A stretch of 56,252 bases of DNA from an uncultured Bacilli bacterium (GTDB taxonomy: Bacteria; Bacillota_I; Bacilli_A; RF39; UBA660): NCBI GenBank assembly GCA_947625575.1, contig CANQOV010000004.1:1-56252 (forward strand). The letters are read 5' to 3'. The notes beneath the pieces are model-generated. The model ran no database searches. It saw nothing but the letters and a program-made list of their open reading frames with translations, and was not told where the DNA came from. Shown in pieces: positions 27,398-37,116 of this stretch. Both the position numbers and the translations under genes were made by a program. Numbering within the stretch: the first letter of the stretch is position 1; every line of letters starts with the position of its first letter.

Positions 27398-30028
27398 TTA
27401 TTTATCCATTTTTTCTTTAATTGCGGCTTGTGCAGCAGCAAGTCTAGCTATTGGTACTCTAAATGGACTACAAGAAACATAAGTAAGTCCTATATTATGA
27501 CAGAACTCTATAGTTGATGGATCTCCACCATGTTCTCCACAAATACCAAGTTTAATATCAGGTCTTACACTCTTACCCTTACTAATTGCAATCTTCATAA
27601 GTTCTCCAACACCCTCTTGATCAACTTTAGCAAATGGATCAGATTCAAAAATACCTTTTGTATAATAATCACTTAAGAACTTTGTAGCGTCATCTCTTGA
27701 GAATCCATAAGTCATCTGTGTTAAATCATTTGTACCAAATGAGAAGAATTCTGCTTGAGTAGCAATCTTATCAGCAGTTAAAGCTGCTCTTGGAATTTCA
27801 ATCATTGTACCAACATGATATTCTAATTTAGCATTAGAATTTTTAATTATTTCATCAGCAGTTTCACAAACTATATTTTTAACATATTTTAATTCATTAA
27901 CATCTCCAACTAACGGAATCATTATTTCAGGAACAACATTTAATCCCTCTTTATTTACATTAAGTGCAGCTTCAATTACTGCTCTTGTTTGCATTTTAGC
28001 TATCTCTGGATAAGTAATTGATAAACGGCAGCCTCTATGACCCATCATTGGATTAAATTCTTTTAATGATTCAACTCTTGCTTTCAATGCTTCAAAACTC
28101 ATACCTAGACTTTCTGCAAGTGGTTTAATCTCTTCATCAGTATGAGGTAAGAACTCATGTAAAGGTGGATCCAAAAATCTAATTGTAACCCCATAACCTT
28201 TCATAGCTCTAAATAGACCCTCAAAGTCACTTCTTTGATATGGTAAAATCTTTTCAAGAGCCTCTTCTCTTTTTTCAACACTGTCAGCAGTAATCATACG
28301 TCTGAAATTGAAAATTCTATCTTCTTCAAAGAACATATGTTCTGTTCTACACAAACCAATACCTTGAGCTCCAAATTTACGTGCTTGCATTGCATCTTTT
28401 GGACTATCAGCATTTGTTCTAACCATTAATCTTCTATTCTTATCTGCCCAATCCATAAATACTTCAAAATCACCTGAAATACCTGGCTCAACAGTTTCTA
28501 TTTTTTCTCCATAAACATTACCTAAAGATCCATCTAAACTCATCCAGTCTCCCTCATGATATACTTTGCCATCTTTAGTAGTCACTGTTTTCTTTTCTTC
28601 ATCAATCTTTAATTCACCACAACCAGAAACGCAACAAGTACCCATACCACGTGCTACTACTGCAGCATGTGAAGTCATACCACCACGTACAGTTAAAATA
28701 CCATGAGCAAGATTCATACCTTCGATATCCTCTGGACTTGTTTCAAGTCTTACAAGAAGCATATCTTTTTCTCCCTTGCTACTAGCTTCCATAACATCTT
28801 TAGCAGTAAAATAAATCTTACCTGTAGCAGCTCCAGGAGAAGCAGCAAGCCCTTTAGCAACAACAGTAGCTTTCTTAAGAGCCTCTGGATCAAAATTTGG
28901 ATGTAACAACTGATCTAATTGTTTAGGCTCAACTTTAAGAAGAGCTTCTTCTATAGTAATCATACCTTCTTTTACTAAATCAACAGCAATCTTAATAGCA
29001 GCTTGTGCTGTTCTTTTACCATTTCTAGTTTGAAGCATGAATAAATGTCCATCCTCAATTGTAAATTCCATATCTTGCATATCTTTATAATGATTCTCTA
29101 AAATATCACAAATCTTAACAAATTCATTATAACAATCTGGCATAACTTCTTTTAAAGTATCAATAGATTGTGGTGTACGAATACCCGCAACAACATCTTC
29201 TCCTTGGGCGTTCATCAAATATTCCCCAAACAACTTCTTCTCTCCAGTTGCAGGATTTCTTGTAAATGCAACACCAGTTCCAGAAGTATTACCTCTATTA
29301 CCATATACCATTTCTTGAACATTAACAGCAGTACCCCAACTAGATGGTATATCATTTAACCTACGATATGTAATAGCTCTTTCATTATTCCAAGATCTAA
29401 ATACTGCTTTAATAGCTTCCATAAGTTGTACTTTAGCATCTTGTGGGAAATCACACCCAGCATGATTTTTATATTCTTTCTTATAAATTTCTACAACTTC
29501 TTTTAAATCTTCACTAGTAAGTTCTGTATCATATGTTACATGTTTTGCTTCCTTTATTTCATCAAACTTTCTTTCAAAAGATGACTTTGGAAATCCCATA
29601 ACAACATCAGCAAACATTTGAATAAATCTTCTATAACTATCATATACAAATCTAGGATTTTGTGTAGTTTCACTAAAACCTACAGCAACTTCATCATTTA
29701 ATCCCAAATTTAATACAGTATCCATCATACCAGGCATTGATGCTCTAGCACCACTTCTTACTGATACTAATAAAGGATTAGTTTTATCTCCCATTTTTTT
29801 ACCAGTAACTTTTTCAAGTTCATCAAGTTTTTCCATGATTTGACTTACTATTTCTTCATTAATAGTCATATCATCTTCATAATACTTTGTACAAGCTTCA
29901 GTTGTAATAGTAAACCCTCTAGGAACAGGAAGTCCAAGTCCAGCCATCTCAGCTAAATTAGCACCCTTACCTCCTAAAAGATTACGCATATCCTTATTGC
30001 CTTCTTTAAAGTTATAAACGTATTTCAT
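27398..30028 (-). CDS. ppdK: pyruvate, phosphate dikinase
   Basis: 'LLGGKGANLAEM', 'VSVRSGA..SMPGMMDT', 'GGMTSHAAVVARG', 'GICGEHGGDP'. Confidence 0.98.
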   Translation of the reverse strand: MKYVYNFKEGNKDMRNLLGGKGANLAEMAGLGLPVPRGFTITTEACTKYYEDDMTINEEIVSQIMEKLDELEKVTGKKMGDKTNPLLVSVRSGARASMPGMMDTVLNLGLNDEVAVGFSETTQNPRFVYDSYRRFIQMFADVVMGFPKSSFERKFDEIKEAKHVTYDTELTSEDLKEVVEIYKKEYKNHAGCDFPQDAKVQLMEAIKAVFRSWNNERAITYRRLNDIPSSWGTAVNVQEMVYGNRGNTSGTGVAFTRNPATGEKKLFGEYLMNAQGEDVVAGIRTPQSIDTLKEVMPDCYNEFVKICDILENHYKDMQDMEFTIEDGHLFMLQTRNGKRTAQAAIKIAVDLVKEGMITIEEALLKVEPKQLDQLLHPNFDPEALKKATVVAKGLAASPGAATGKIYFTAKDVMEASSKGEKDMLLVRLETSPEDIEGMNLAHGILTVRGGMTSHAAVVARGMGTCCVSGCGELKIDEEKKTVTTKDGKVYHEGDWMSLDGSLGNVYGEKIETVEPGISGDFEVFMDWADKNRRLMVRTNADSPKDAMQARKFGAQGIGLCRTEHMFFEEDRIFNFRRMITADSVEKREEALEKILPYQRSDFEGLFRAMKGYGVTIRFLDPPLHEFLPHTDEEIKPLAESLGMSFEALKARVESLKEFNPMMGHRGCRLSITYPEIAKMQTRAVIEAALNVNKEGLNVVPEIMIPLVGDVNELKYVKNIVCETADEIIKNSNAKLEYHVGTMIEIPRAALTADKIATQAEFFSFGTNDLTQMTYGFSRDDATKFLSDYYTKGIFESDPFAKVDQEGVGELMKIAISKGKSVRPDIKLGICGEHGGDPSTIEFCHNIGLTYVSCSPFRVPIARLAAAQAAIKEKMDK

Positions 30029-30250
30029 TTAATCTCTCCTTTATACATTTAATTGTTTAGCACATTTACTATTTTATCAAAAACAACAATGAAATACTAC
30101 ATTTTTTTAATAAAAAACAAAAATATTTTACATAATAAAAATAGTTTATCAAAACAAAACCAAATTATAACTTTTGCTTAACTTCAACATATAGTTAACA
30201 AATCGTCTTTATAATAAAGGCAAAAAAGGAAAAGTATAAGGAGAAATATA

Positions 30251-30598
30251 ATGTTAGAAAAAAGAATATATGAGCAAAGGAAAAAATTAGGTCTAACTCA
30301 AAAAGATCTAGGAGATGCACTTGGTGTTTCCAAAGTAAGTATTTGTTACTGGGAAAAAGGAATCAAAAAACCAAGTACTAAAAACCTAATTGAATTAACA
30401 AAAATATTAAATGTTTCATTAGAATACTTAATTGGTAATGATGCCTATGTTGTTGCAAGTGAAGATGAATCTTATGGTCTTATGATGACTAAAGAAGAAA
30501 TAAATGTAATCGAAGAATTAAGAAAACATCCAAAACTATATGATATGTTTACCGAAAGTCCTAAAAGAGTTCTAGATAGAATAAGTAAAAATTATTAA
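30251..30598 (+). CDS. XRE-family HTH transcriptional regulator
   Basis: 'RKKLGLTQKDLGDALGVSKVSICYWEKG..KP'. Confidence 0.9.
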   Translation: MLEKRIYEQRKKLGLTQKDLGDALGVSKVSICYWEKGIKKPSTKNLIELTKILNVSLEYLIGNDAYVVASEDESYGLMMTKEEINVIEELRKHPKLYDMFTESPKRVLDRISKNY

Positions 30599-30601
30599 AA
30601 C

Positions 30602-30631
30602 AAAAAAATCTCATTTTTTTGAGATTTTTTT
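30602..30631. terminator. bidirectional terminator between XRE and virB4-like genes
   Basis: AAAAAAATCTCA-TTTTT-TGAGATTTTTTT. Confidence 0.75.
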
Positions 30632-30639
30632 ATTTTTTT

Positions 30640-32436
30640 CTATAGACCTCCACCAGATCCAAAAGACTCTAACTCTTCTTGAGTTAAAATAACACTCATC
30701 CTCATCCTTCTATTACCACAGACAAACAAAGCATCTCCTTGAGAATAACGTTTAATACTTTCTTTCTCATTATCATTTAAATCAATTAATAAAGCCAAAT
30801 CTTCAACAGCTTGTTTCTTAAGACCCATAACTAAGTAATAAGCAGCATTGTCAAATATTGCTTTACCTTGAGTAATAACACTAGAAGGAGTAAAATCACT
30901 AGGTTGTTGAGTAATAATAATATTACCAGTATTATACTTACGACTTCTTCTTTGCATCTGTGCTAAGAAATCAGCACCTAACACATTACCACCAGAAAGT
31001 AAAACATGTGCTTCATCTACCATCATAACAGTATTAATAGAAGAATCTAAGCATAAACTCCATGCAAACTTCAAAATATTGAAAAACAAAGCATTTCTAA
31101 CATTAACATCTGCGTTCATAAGTTCTCTTATATTAAATGCTATAAAATTACTATTTGGATGAATAGTAGTATGACCATTAAAATAAAATCTAAGCTCATT
31201 AGTAAATGGTCTAATCTTAAGTTCAAGACGTTCCATAACATCTCTTTCATGAGTCATATCAGTCATCGAAATAAGTTTACTTTTAATAGTAGTATAAACA
31301 TCATCAAAAGTTGGATAATTTTCAGATTGATAAACAGAAAAATCTGTATTAAAATCAATACCAAATCTTCGATAAGTTTCTTGTACCATCTCTATAAAAA
31401 CATTTAATACATCTTCTTCAATCGAAGGATCATAATACTTCATAAAAGCCTTTAAAAATTGTAAAGTCTTCGTAAGAACAGTATAACCAAGTCCCTCTTT
31501 AACCTCATCTTCATCAGCATCAATTAAAACTTCCAAAGGATTAATAAGTCCAAACTGTCCACCTTTTCCAAGATCAATAGCATCTCCTCCAAATAATTCT
31601 ACCATCTCACGCAACTCATTTTCAGGATCTATTGCTACAACTTGATAAGAATTTCTTAAAGAAGATCTAACCAATAACTTAGCAGCAGTACTTTTACCAG
31701 ATCCAGAAGTTCCTAAAATAATCATATTAGCATTATTACGATTATCTCTACTGTGATCTCCTTTTACTTGATAGAAGAATTGATTAAATAACACAACACC
31801 ACCAGAAAAATCTGTTCCAAGTAAAGTAGATGGTCCTGGATCTTTTAAACTATCAAATATAAATGGATACATCCCCGCCATCGTAGGAGAAGGTATAATT
31901 GTTCCAATTCTATCTTCAATATCTTGTTTAGGGAAAAAAGGTAAAATAGATTTTAAAACTTTTTCCATTTCAAATCTTAAAGGAACTGCTCTTAATCCCA
32001 TCGCTGTTAAATAATTCTTAACTTGAATCTTTCTTACTTCCAAATCTTCTTTACTATCAGCACTAAGTACTAAATGCATTTGAAAATCAAAAATCTTAGA
32101 ATTTGCTGCCGCTAATTGCTGAACAAACTCTTCCAAAGTATCATAATCTTGTCTTAATCTTTCTTGAGTAGTTCTATCTTTTTCTTCAGAATATCTATTT
32201 CTTAAACTAGCAAGCTCTTTATTCAACATCTTAGATAAAGTAGAAAAAGGTACAGGAATATGTTTAACAACAATCTTAACCCCAGGCATATTAGTAATAT
32301 TAGATAAATAACCTACCCCAATACTTCTTGGATAAGATACACAAGTTAAAATAGTCATATACTTTCCACTAACAACTATATCACTAGCTCCAAACTCAAG
32401 TCCTTTTGGAGCAATTGCACTCTTAAATAAACTCAT
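30640..32436 (-). CDS. VirB4-like T4SS/conjugation ATPase
   Basis: Walker A 'ILGTSGSGKS', 'AIDPENE', Walker B 'MMVDEAH', 'RRSRKYN', 'ITQQ'. Confidence 0.88.
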   Translation of the reverse strand: MSLFKSAIAPKGLEFGASDIVVSGKYMTILTCVSYPRSIGVGYLSNITNMPGVKIVVKHIPVPFSTLSKMLNKELASLRNRYSEEKDRTTQERLRQDYDTLEEFVQQLAAANSKIFDFQMHLVLSADSKEDLEVRKIQVKNYLTAMGLRAVPLRFEMEKVLKSILPFFPKQDIEDRIGTIIPSPTMAGMYPFIFDSLKDPGPSTLLGTDFSGGVVLFNQFFYQVKGDHSRDNRNNANMIILGTSGSGKSTAAKLLVRSSLRNSYQVVAIDPENELREMVELFGGDAIDLGKGGQFGLINPLEVLIDADEDEVKEGLGYTVLTKTLQFLKAFMKYYDPSIEEDVLNVFIEMVQETYRRFGIDFNTDFSVYQSENYPTFDDVYTTIKSKLISMTDMTHERDVMERLELKIRPFTNELRFYFNGHTTIHPNSNFIAFNIRELMNADVNVRNALFFNILKFAWSLCLDSSINTVMMVDEAHVLLSGGNVLGADFLAQMQRRSRKYNTGNIIITQQPSDFTPSSVITQGKAIFDNAAYYLVMGLKKQAVEDLALLIDLNDNEKESIKRYSQGDALFVCGNRRMRMSVILTQEELESFGSGGGL

Positions 32437-33116
32437 AAAGGCATCACCGTCCCAGATTCATACTTCGTTCCACCATTTAAGAAATTATCAATAATAGTTC
32501 GTAAATCCTCATTAGAAGTTTGACTAGCAACAAGACCTGCACCAGCCAAACCATTAATCATATCCCTTACTCTTTTTTGTAAAACATCCATTTTCTTATC
32601 TTTAAATAACAAATAATACTCCGTATCTACTACATTATTATTCTTAAAATAATCTCCCTTATCCATATCTTGAGATATAATCTTTCTTAAAGTCTGATCA
32701 GCAGTCTTATTATATAAAAGTTGTAACTCTGCTTGATACATAGCTATATCAACAGGTCTATCTGCAACAACTAACCAAAACTCATAATTAATAGTATTAT
32801 AAAAATTCATAAGACCAATAAGAGTATTATCCATACTAGATCCATCTAAAATAAAAATATTTTTAGGTTGAATCTTAACTCCAGTAACCATATCTCCACT
32901 ATCATTATAAATAATTCCATTAGAAATAGTCTTTACATTAATCCAGTTCTCTGTATACTTTGGATCATTTTTAACACTCTTAGGCATAATCTTCTTTGCA
33001 ATACCACTACTAGATTTACCACTTTGAACTTTATTAACAGAATTAGCATTAGCTACCTTTGCACCACTAACCATTGTCTGTTTAACTTGTCCATCATTAT
33101 TCATCTGATTGTTCAT
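32433..33116 (-). CDS. T4SS-associated protein (PrgI C-terminal / VirB4 N-domain-like)
   Basis: 'WINVKTISNGII', 'VKIQPKNIF', 'EYYLLF'; overlaps both neighbours. Confidence 0.55.
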   Translation of the reverse strand: MNNQMNNDGQVKQTMVSGAKVANANSVNKVQSGKSSSGIAKKIMPKSVKNDPKYTENWINVKTISNGIIYNDSGDMVTGVKIQPKNIFILDGSSMDNTLIGLMNFYNTINYEFWLVVADRPVDIAMYQAELQLLYNKTADQTLRKIISQDMDKGDYFKNNNVVDTEYYLLFKDKKMDVLQKRVRDMINGLAGAGLVASQTSNEDLRTIIDNFLNGGTKYESGTVMPL

Positions 33117-33417
33117 ATTGATAACACCAACCTCTCCAAATATATCTTCTTCTATTCTTAAAAAAATATCTATATACCTCTAATAACAAGATCCTTGAAT
33201 TATGATAATTAGGTATTGGAAACACTAAAAATGCTCCCACAATAGCAGGTAATAAAGTAACAACGACACCCCATAACTCAGTAACAGGCAAAATAGCAAG
33301 TAAAATAAACGTTGCCCCAACAGCTACACAAATAATAGCCAAATCAATTGGTAACAAAAAACCAAAAATTAAACTTTGCTTCTTACTGTTAGCAGGTACC
33401 AAATATGTTTGATTCAT
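33097..33417 (-). CDS. PrgI/VirB3-like membrane protein
   Basis: 'YLVPAN.K...LIFGF...DL', two TMs, 'RRRYIWRG'; between pilin and ATPase. Confidence 0.65.
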   Translation of the reverse strand: MNQTYLVPANSKKQSLIFGFLLPIDLAIICVAVGATFILLAILPVTELWGVVVTLLPAIVGAFLVFPIPNYHNSRILLLEVYRYFFKNRRRYIWRGWCYQYEQSDE

Positions 33418-33444
33418 AAACAACCTCCTCTATTCTTATAAAAA

Positions 33445-33750
33445 CTAACCAATACCACATGTACCATTACTAAAGCCAATAAGTCTTAAAAAGACATTAA
33501 CTAACAATGGAATAAAAAATATAAGTAACCCAATAACGATTCTTTTAATTGCTCTTGTTTGTGCAGCTTTCATATCATCTTCTTTTCCAGCAACAACAGC
33601 TTTAACAAAATCAACCACTACCAAAATAAGAACTAAAACTGGTACAACAATCATAATAATATTACAAGCTTCCTGTAAAGTTGCAGCCAAACCACCTGCT
33701 TCCAAATCTTGACAAGTCAACATAAATAAAGATAAAAAATTAAAATTCAT
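33445..33750 (-). CDS. VirB2/TrbC-like pilin
   Basis: two hydrophobic helices flanking 'DFVKAVVAGKEDDMKAAQ...KRI'; Cys near both termini. Confidence 0.7.
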   Translation of the reverse strand: MNFNFLSLFMLTCQDLEAGGLAATLQEACNIIMIVVPVLVLILVVVDFVKAVVAGKEDDMKAAQTRAIKRIVIGLLIFFIPLLVNVFLRLIGFSNGTCGIG

Positions 33751-33841
33751 AACACACCATCCTACACTATTTACATAACAATTATAACAATTTTAAAAAT
33801 AAATAACAATACATAAATAAAAAAGTTTCAAAGAAACTTTT

Positions 33842-36800
33842 TTATTTTCCACTAGAAGAATTTCTTGCATCATTTGCAGCCTGATTTTTAATAACATCTG
33901 TGTTATTTTTAATTGCATTTATTTCAACATCAATATTACGGCGTTTTTGCTCTGCAGCTCCAACAGCATCAAACGCAGTTGAAACATTAACAATTTTTTC
34001 ATTTCCAATTCCAGTTAAATCTCTAACAACTTTATTTTCTCTATGCAAAGATTGCATATTTTGAACACCAGCAGATAAAATTCCGGCCGTCTTATCACTA
34101 TATTCTATATTTTTAACATAATCTGCAACATCAAAACCACTTGCACCATGATTAAGTAAAACATTAGAGACACGTTCCTGAGCATATGCATTAAAACTTT
34201 TGCCTTCATGATTTCTTGCATATGCATCAGCATCAAGTGATCCATCAGCCTTACGATATTTGTAAGCATCCACTAAAAGATCACCATACTCTTTTTGAGC
34301 AGCTTTTTTTTGATTAGTCTTAAATATAGGATTACCACTTTTATCTCTTACATTTAATATATCTTGTGTAACAGCATCAGCTTCAAGTGCTTGATCCATA
34401 GCTGATTTTGTCTCGCCACCTTTTTTCAATTCATTACTTTGAAGTTCAAGTGCATGTATATTATGTGAAGCTCTTGTTGCCTTATCAAGTCCTACTCTTC
34501 CAAGTGTAGCCGCAGTAAGTTGTTGTTTAAATCCAACACCTTGATTATAAGCGTTTCTTCTTGTTCTATTAATAGCTTGAGTACGTTTGCTACCAGCAAG
34601 TAACTTTCCTTTTGCACCACCACCAGCACCACTCAATGCCGAAACTGCAACATTACCAAGTCCATATCCGAAAGCACCTAAACCAACGCCTAAACTACCA
34701 ATAACGCTTCTACCATTTCGTCTAGCATTTGCAAAAGCAGCACCAGCAGTGAAAGTATTTTGACCTAAGCCCATGCCGCTAGCTATAGCAACACCAGCAC
34801 CAATTCCTAATCCTGCTTTAACCATATTATAACTATCTTTAAATGTACTAGATCCTTCTACACCAAACAATCTACTAATTAAATTAGGAACAGTTTTTAT
34901 AAATACAAGCTCACCCATCATAACAAATATAATTCCAATACCAAGATCATCAAAATTAGCAGTATTAGTAATAGCAGATAAGAAAGCAGCACCAGCCTCA
35001 ATTGCAATCAACTTAAAAAATAAATCAAGATAAGCACTTGCATACATTTTTACCCACGAATTGAAATTTTTATCCGAAGGATTAATATAACTAATAATTG
35101 GAATTGGTGCCATAATTTGTAAAATCCATATTTTCAAATTACGAACTACAACTTCAACACAAATTGTAGCAAGAACAGTAACAGCTAAAATACAAAAAAC
35201 AATAGCAAACAGCCAATCCAAATCAACCTGTTTTTTCTTATATAGTGTCGCAAATTCTTCAATAGTATCAGAAGTATTTAAATAAGCTTTTCTAACACTT
35301 ACAGCAGTTGCATTATCTTTATTTCTAACTGAAGTAAAACCACTCATCAAACTTCTAGCAAAATCAATACCACAATAATTTCTACCGCAATCACTAATGA
35401 CATCAGAATCTATATATCCTTCGCCAACTAACTCTTTAACATCATTTTTTACATTTTCATCATCTGGACAAACATTTTGATACATATCAAGCACATATTG
35501 AGCTTTAGCTTTAGGAAATGTGGCTTGATCATAATTAGTAAAACCAGAATATCCAGAAGTATTTTCTCCTGTATTTAACCAACCTTCGGAATCAAATAGA
35601 ACTTCCCCGTCTTTATTATCATTAACAGTACAATTAAAACCACTTCCGGGATGACTACAAGTTAAACCTATAATAGAATTAGGGCAAACATGTCTATCCA
35701 AATTGGAAATAGCATTAGAATCAAACCAATTATTAGACCTTCTAATAACTCCGTTAGGTATATCTAAATTACTGCCACTAGGAGAAGTTATTTCAAAATC
35801 CCAGTAAACCAAACCCGAAAATTTTGGATTACTCATCTTAGTTTTTGTAAAAACAATATGTACACGATTTGAATTAGACATAGCTAAAGTATAATTACTA
35901 TTACAATATTGCCTATCACCATCTAAATTTGCTAAATTAGAATTAGTATCTCTATAAATATAATCACACTCAAATTTTTCCTCTACTTCTAAATGTTCTC
36001 CAGTATTTTCATCAACCGCATCAGAATTAAATATTACATTTTCGCAATCCTTTTTATCACCATTTTTGCATAAATAAAATTTAGAATCAAAATTAAACTC
36101 TGACATACCACTAACAATGTTTGATTCTGTATCCATTAAACACTTTGTATCATTACAAGCATCAGGAATTCCTACACTAAAACAAGCTTCTTTTCCACCA
36201 CAAGCACTAGGATTATCTTGCCACTGATACTTTCCGTCACTTTCAACAGTCATAAACTCTTTAAATCTATTAATAAAATTCGTTAAACTGCAACCATCAT
36301 AAGCCTCAGCAAAAACTTTAAACTGTGGACCCATATATTGATTATTATATGCATTATCTACCCATTGAGAGCCTGTACCATTACCATAATAATCTTCAAA
36401 TGTGCCAAACTTACCTGCAACATTCCAAGCAAGCCAAGCATATGTTTCTGCACCTTTATAAGAATCTGTACAAGATATACCTATATTAGATTCATTAACA
36501 TCAGCAGAAACATTAACTAATAAATTGTTATCATCTAAATTTAAAGTTTGATTTTTTTCAAAAATTTTATCTATAATACCACTGTCCAAAATACTATCTT
36601 CAAATCTTTTTAAAAATGGGAATATAAAACTTTGTAAAGTTAAAAGAAGTGCAAACGAAACAACTATTCTTACTAAGAGTTTACCTGCTCCAACTTGTTT
36701 ATCACTAACCTTTTCAGGGTCAATCAAATAATTTAACATTGCAACAAGAACTCTAAATAGAACAAATATTCCAACAACAACATAAATACTTGTTGACACT

Positions 36801-36937
36801 TGCATAACTAATTGATTATCGTAACTAAATAATTCATTTAATTTAAGCATCATATCATAAGTACCAGCAAGCATCCCTCTAAACATACCACCAATACTAG
36901 TACCTAAAAATTCCTTTATATTAAACAATAAAAACAT
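33842..36937 (-). CDS. giant VirB6/TrbL-like membrane protein with Cys-rich extracellular insert (paralogue 1)
   Basis: N-terminal TMs, 'VVVRNLKIWILQIMAPI..ISY.NP....F..W.KMY..AY.DLF' core, Gly/Ala-rich tail; start ATG 36937 (MFLLF, as paralogue 3). Confidence 0.7.
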   Translation of the reverse strand: MFLLFNIKEFLGTSIGGMFRGMLAGTYDMMLKLNELFSYDNQLVMQVSTSIYVVVGIFVLFRVLVAMLNYLIDPEKVSDKQVGAGKLLVRIVVSFALLLTLQSFIFPFLKRFEDSILDSGIIDKIFEKNQTLNLDDNNLLVNVSADVNESNIGISCTDSYKGAETYAWLAWNVAGKFGTFEDYYGNGTGSQWVDNAYNNQYMGPQFKVFAEAYDGCSLTNFINRFKEFMTVESDGKYQWQDNPSACGGKEACFSVGIPDACNDTKCLMDTESNIVSGMSEFNFDSKFYLCKNGDKKDCENVIFNSDAVDENTGEHLEVEEKFECDYIYRDTNSNLANLDGDRQYCNSNYTLAMSNSNRVHIVFTKTKMSNPKFSGLVYWDFEITSPSGSNLDIPNGVIRRSNNWFDSNAISNLDRHVCPNSIIGLTCSHPGSGFNCTVNDNKDGEVLFDSEGWLNTGENTSGYSGFTNYDQATFPKAKAQYVLDMYQNVCPDDENVKNDVKELVGEGYIDSDVISDCGRNYCGIDFARSLMSGFTSVRNKDNATAVSVRKAYLNTSDTIEEFATLYKKKQVDLDWLFAIVFCILAVTVLATICVEVVVRNLKIWILQIMAPIPIISYINPSDKNFNSWVKMYASAYLDLFFKLIAIEAGAAFLSAITNTANFDDLGIGIIFVMMGELVFIKTVPNLISRLFGVEGSSTFKDSYNMVKAGLGIGAGVAIASGMGLGQNTFTAGAAFANARRNGRSVIGSLGVGLGAFGYGLGNVAVSALSGAGGGAKGKLLAGSKRTQAINRTRRNAYNQGVGFKQQLTAATLGRVGLDKATRASHNIHALELQSNELKKGGETKSAMDQALEADAVTQDILNVRDKSGNPIFKTNQKKAAQKEYGDLLVDAYKYRKADGSLDADAYARNHEGKSFNAYAQERVSNVLLNHGASGFDVADYVKNIEYSDKTAGILSAGVQNMQSLHRENKVVRDLTGIGNEKIVNVSTAFDAVGAAEQKRRNIDVEINAIKNNTDVIKNQAANDARNSSSGK

Positions 36938-36959
36938 AACACACACTCCCACTATTATC

Positions 36960-36988
36960 AGTATAGCCCCCCCCCCGACCTTTGTCAA
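36960..36988 (-). promoter_or_regulatory. sigma-A-type promoter with G10 tract in 17-bp spacer
   Basis: TTGACA-AAGGTC-G10-C-TATACT. Confidence 0.8.
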
Positions 36989-37116
36989 CAATTAAACAAA
37001 AGAAATCTGAAAGAAATCTCCCAGACTTTTAAATTTAATAACAAATAACAACATATAAATTCAACATAAAAAGAGCAAGCAGATTTTTTGAAATTTCTTG
37101 CTCCTGAACAATTTTA

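Noticed and set aside
36938-36991. N-terminal extension MLTKVGGGAIL… making the poly-G a coding frameshift switch
   Set aside because: The TTG start is the -35 box itself; RBS and paralogue alignment put the start at 36937, so the tract is in the promoter
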